A DNA stretch of 64,000 nucleotides, from positions 7,601,253-7,665,252 of the forward strand of contig JAHRHZ010000029.1 in NCBI GenBank assembly GCA_024137785.1, given 5' to 3'. This document shows positions 62,330-64,000 of this stretch, in pieces. This DNA is from Ginglymostoma cirratum (Eukaryota). The notes under the pieces were generated by a model. That model saw only the letters and a list, made by a program, of their open reading frames with translations, was not told the origin of the DNA and did not search any database. Made by a program: the position numbers and the translations under genes. Position 1 is the first letter of the stretch, and the number at the start of each line of letters is the position of its first letter.

Positions 62330-63545
62330 TCATGGACTATGATTCTCACTGTTGCATGCCTGACTCCTGATAACCTTTTACACCCTTGCTTACCAACAAT
62401 CTGTCATATCCTGCCTTAAAAATATTCCAGGATTCTGCTTCTACCAACTGTTTAGGAAGAGATTTCCAAAGACTCACAAGCCTTTAGAAGAACAAAAACA
62501 TCTGCCTACTCACTGTTTTAAATGGGTGGGCTCTTTTTAAACTGAAACTCCTACTTCTGGTTCTCCATTAACATGAACATTTCTCTCCACATCTACAACA
62601 TGAGACTTTATTTCCTCTAATAACCTTTGACCTTGCATTTTGTCAAATGCCTTCCAGAAATCTAAGTGCAGTACATCCACCAGCTTCCCCCTTATTCATA
62701 TCTTGTCAGGATCCCTTGGGATCTTAAATGTTTCAGTCAAAATTCCTCTTTCTCTTCTAAACTCCAGAGGATCCAAGACAACCTGTCAAACCTTTCTTCG
62801 TTAGACAATTCCTACATCCCCCCCCCAGTCCAAATATTAGTCTCTCTGAAATGCCTCCAATAATTTTGCATCCATCATTGAATAAAATGGCCCATACTGT
62901 GCGCAGTACTGCAGATGGGGTCACACCAGCGCCTTGTGTAACTAAAACATAATCTCCCTACTTATGTTTTCAATTCCTCTTGCAATAAAGGATAACATTC
63001 TGCTAGCTATTTTAATTATTTCTTGTACCTCTATAGTAACCTTTTGTGATTCATGGATAGGAACACGTTAATCCTTCTGTACTGCAGAGCTCTGCAATCT
63101 CTCATCATTTTGATCATATGCTTTTTTTATTCTCCCTGCCAAAATGGACAATTTCACATTTTATCACATTATATTTCATATGCCCCAAATTTGATCATGT
63201 ATTTAACCCTTTTGTTATTGATATATTTAACCCATATATCTTTTTGTAGCCTCCTTATGTCCTCTTCACAAGTTACTTTCCTAACAATCTTTATGTAATT
63301 AATAGATATGGCAACAATAGCTCAAGTTCCTTCATTCCAAGTTATGCACATCAATAGTAAACAGTTGTGGTGTCAGCAATACTCCCTGTGGCACACCACT
63401 CATTACATCTTGCCAACCTGAAAGACGCCCATTTATGAATGTTTTCTGCTTCCTGTTAACCAGCCAAACTTGTATTGATGCCATTGTGCTACCCTCTACA
63501 CCATGGGCTTTTATATTCCACAATAACGTTTGATGTGGCAAGCAA
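62330..63545 (-). mobile_element. CR1 remnant (RT and 3' region)
   Basis: ORF 63332-63541 PHQTLLWNIKAHGVEG...WLVNRKQ...SGWQDVMSGVPQG. Confidence 0.85.
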
Positions 63546-64000
63546 GCTTTGCTGTGCTTTGCTGCACTGCTCTCCCCATTAACTCTCTCTTAATCTGCAC
63601 AAACTTTCCTTGCAAAAGTAATTCCCTCTCTTTGTTTATGCGAGCACTAGTGACACCAAATGCTTTAAGCTCCACCTCCACATGATGCGCTTTACCTCCA
63701 CCTCTGATGAGGAAGCCACTGAAATTTCAGAGGGTGTTTGAGCAAGGCTTTTGCCTGTATCATCTGCCAGCTCAGAGCCCTTCACCTCAGCAGGTCCTCC
63801 TTATAGGTTAGACTCAGGAACACAGTCTGGTGAACACATCACCATCACATCTCCACAGACTGCCAAGGAAGAAACACCACGCATCTCTTGATACTCAGGT
63901 CTGTCAAAGACCATTCACCAACACAGCCCCACTCAGATGACCCCATGGTTTTGGCCATTAATAACTTTGTCAAAATGCACAGTGAGGCACAAGAGCTGCA

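Noticed and set aside
1-64000. CRISPR arrays, operons, rRNA genes or prokaryotic systems
   Set aside because: No regularly spaced repeats, dense coding or rRNA similarity; the window is eukaryotic repeat-rich DNA

Overview
Repeat-rich vertebrate genomic DNA, almost certainly from a shark or other elasmobranch (HE1-type V-SINEs, SacSINE1/AmnSINE-like DeuSINEs, abundant CR1 LINEs). It is intronic or intergenic: no intact host protein-coding gene was recognised, and most ORF-track entries are transposon debris. Contents include several Penelope-like retroelement (PLE) copies with GIY-YIG and RT remnants, three decayed Gypsy elements (one with PPT and 3' LTR), a Tx1/L1-clade LINE, CR1, L2 and Rex1/Babar fragments, several SINE families, probable PIF/Harbinger Myb/SANT remnants, a 400-N gap, a good CTCF motif and several TE-free islands that look like enhancers. 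The most notable system is the PLE 3' terminus. It carries a minimal hammerhead-ribozyme motif (CUGANGA-A-stem II-GAAAC-GUC). It occurs as ~90-130 bp TSD-flanked mini-insertions that start at the ribozyme core, and as fold-back insertions pairing one 'long' and one 'short' terminus, in two unrelated PLE families. Family names come from recognising motifs by eye, not from database searches, and many boundaries are approximate.
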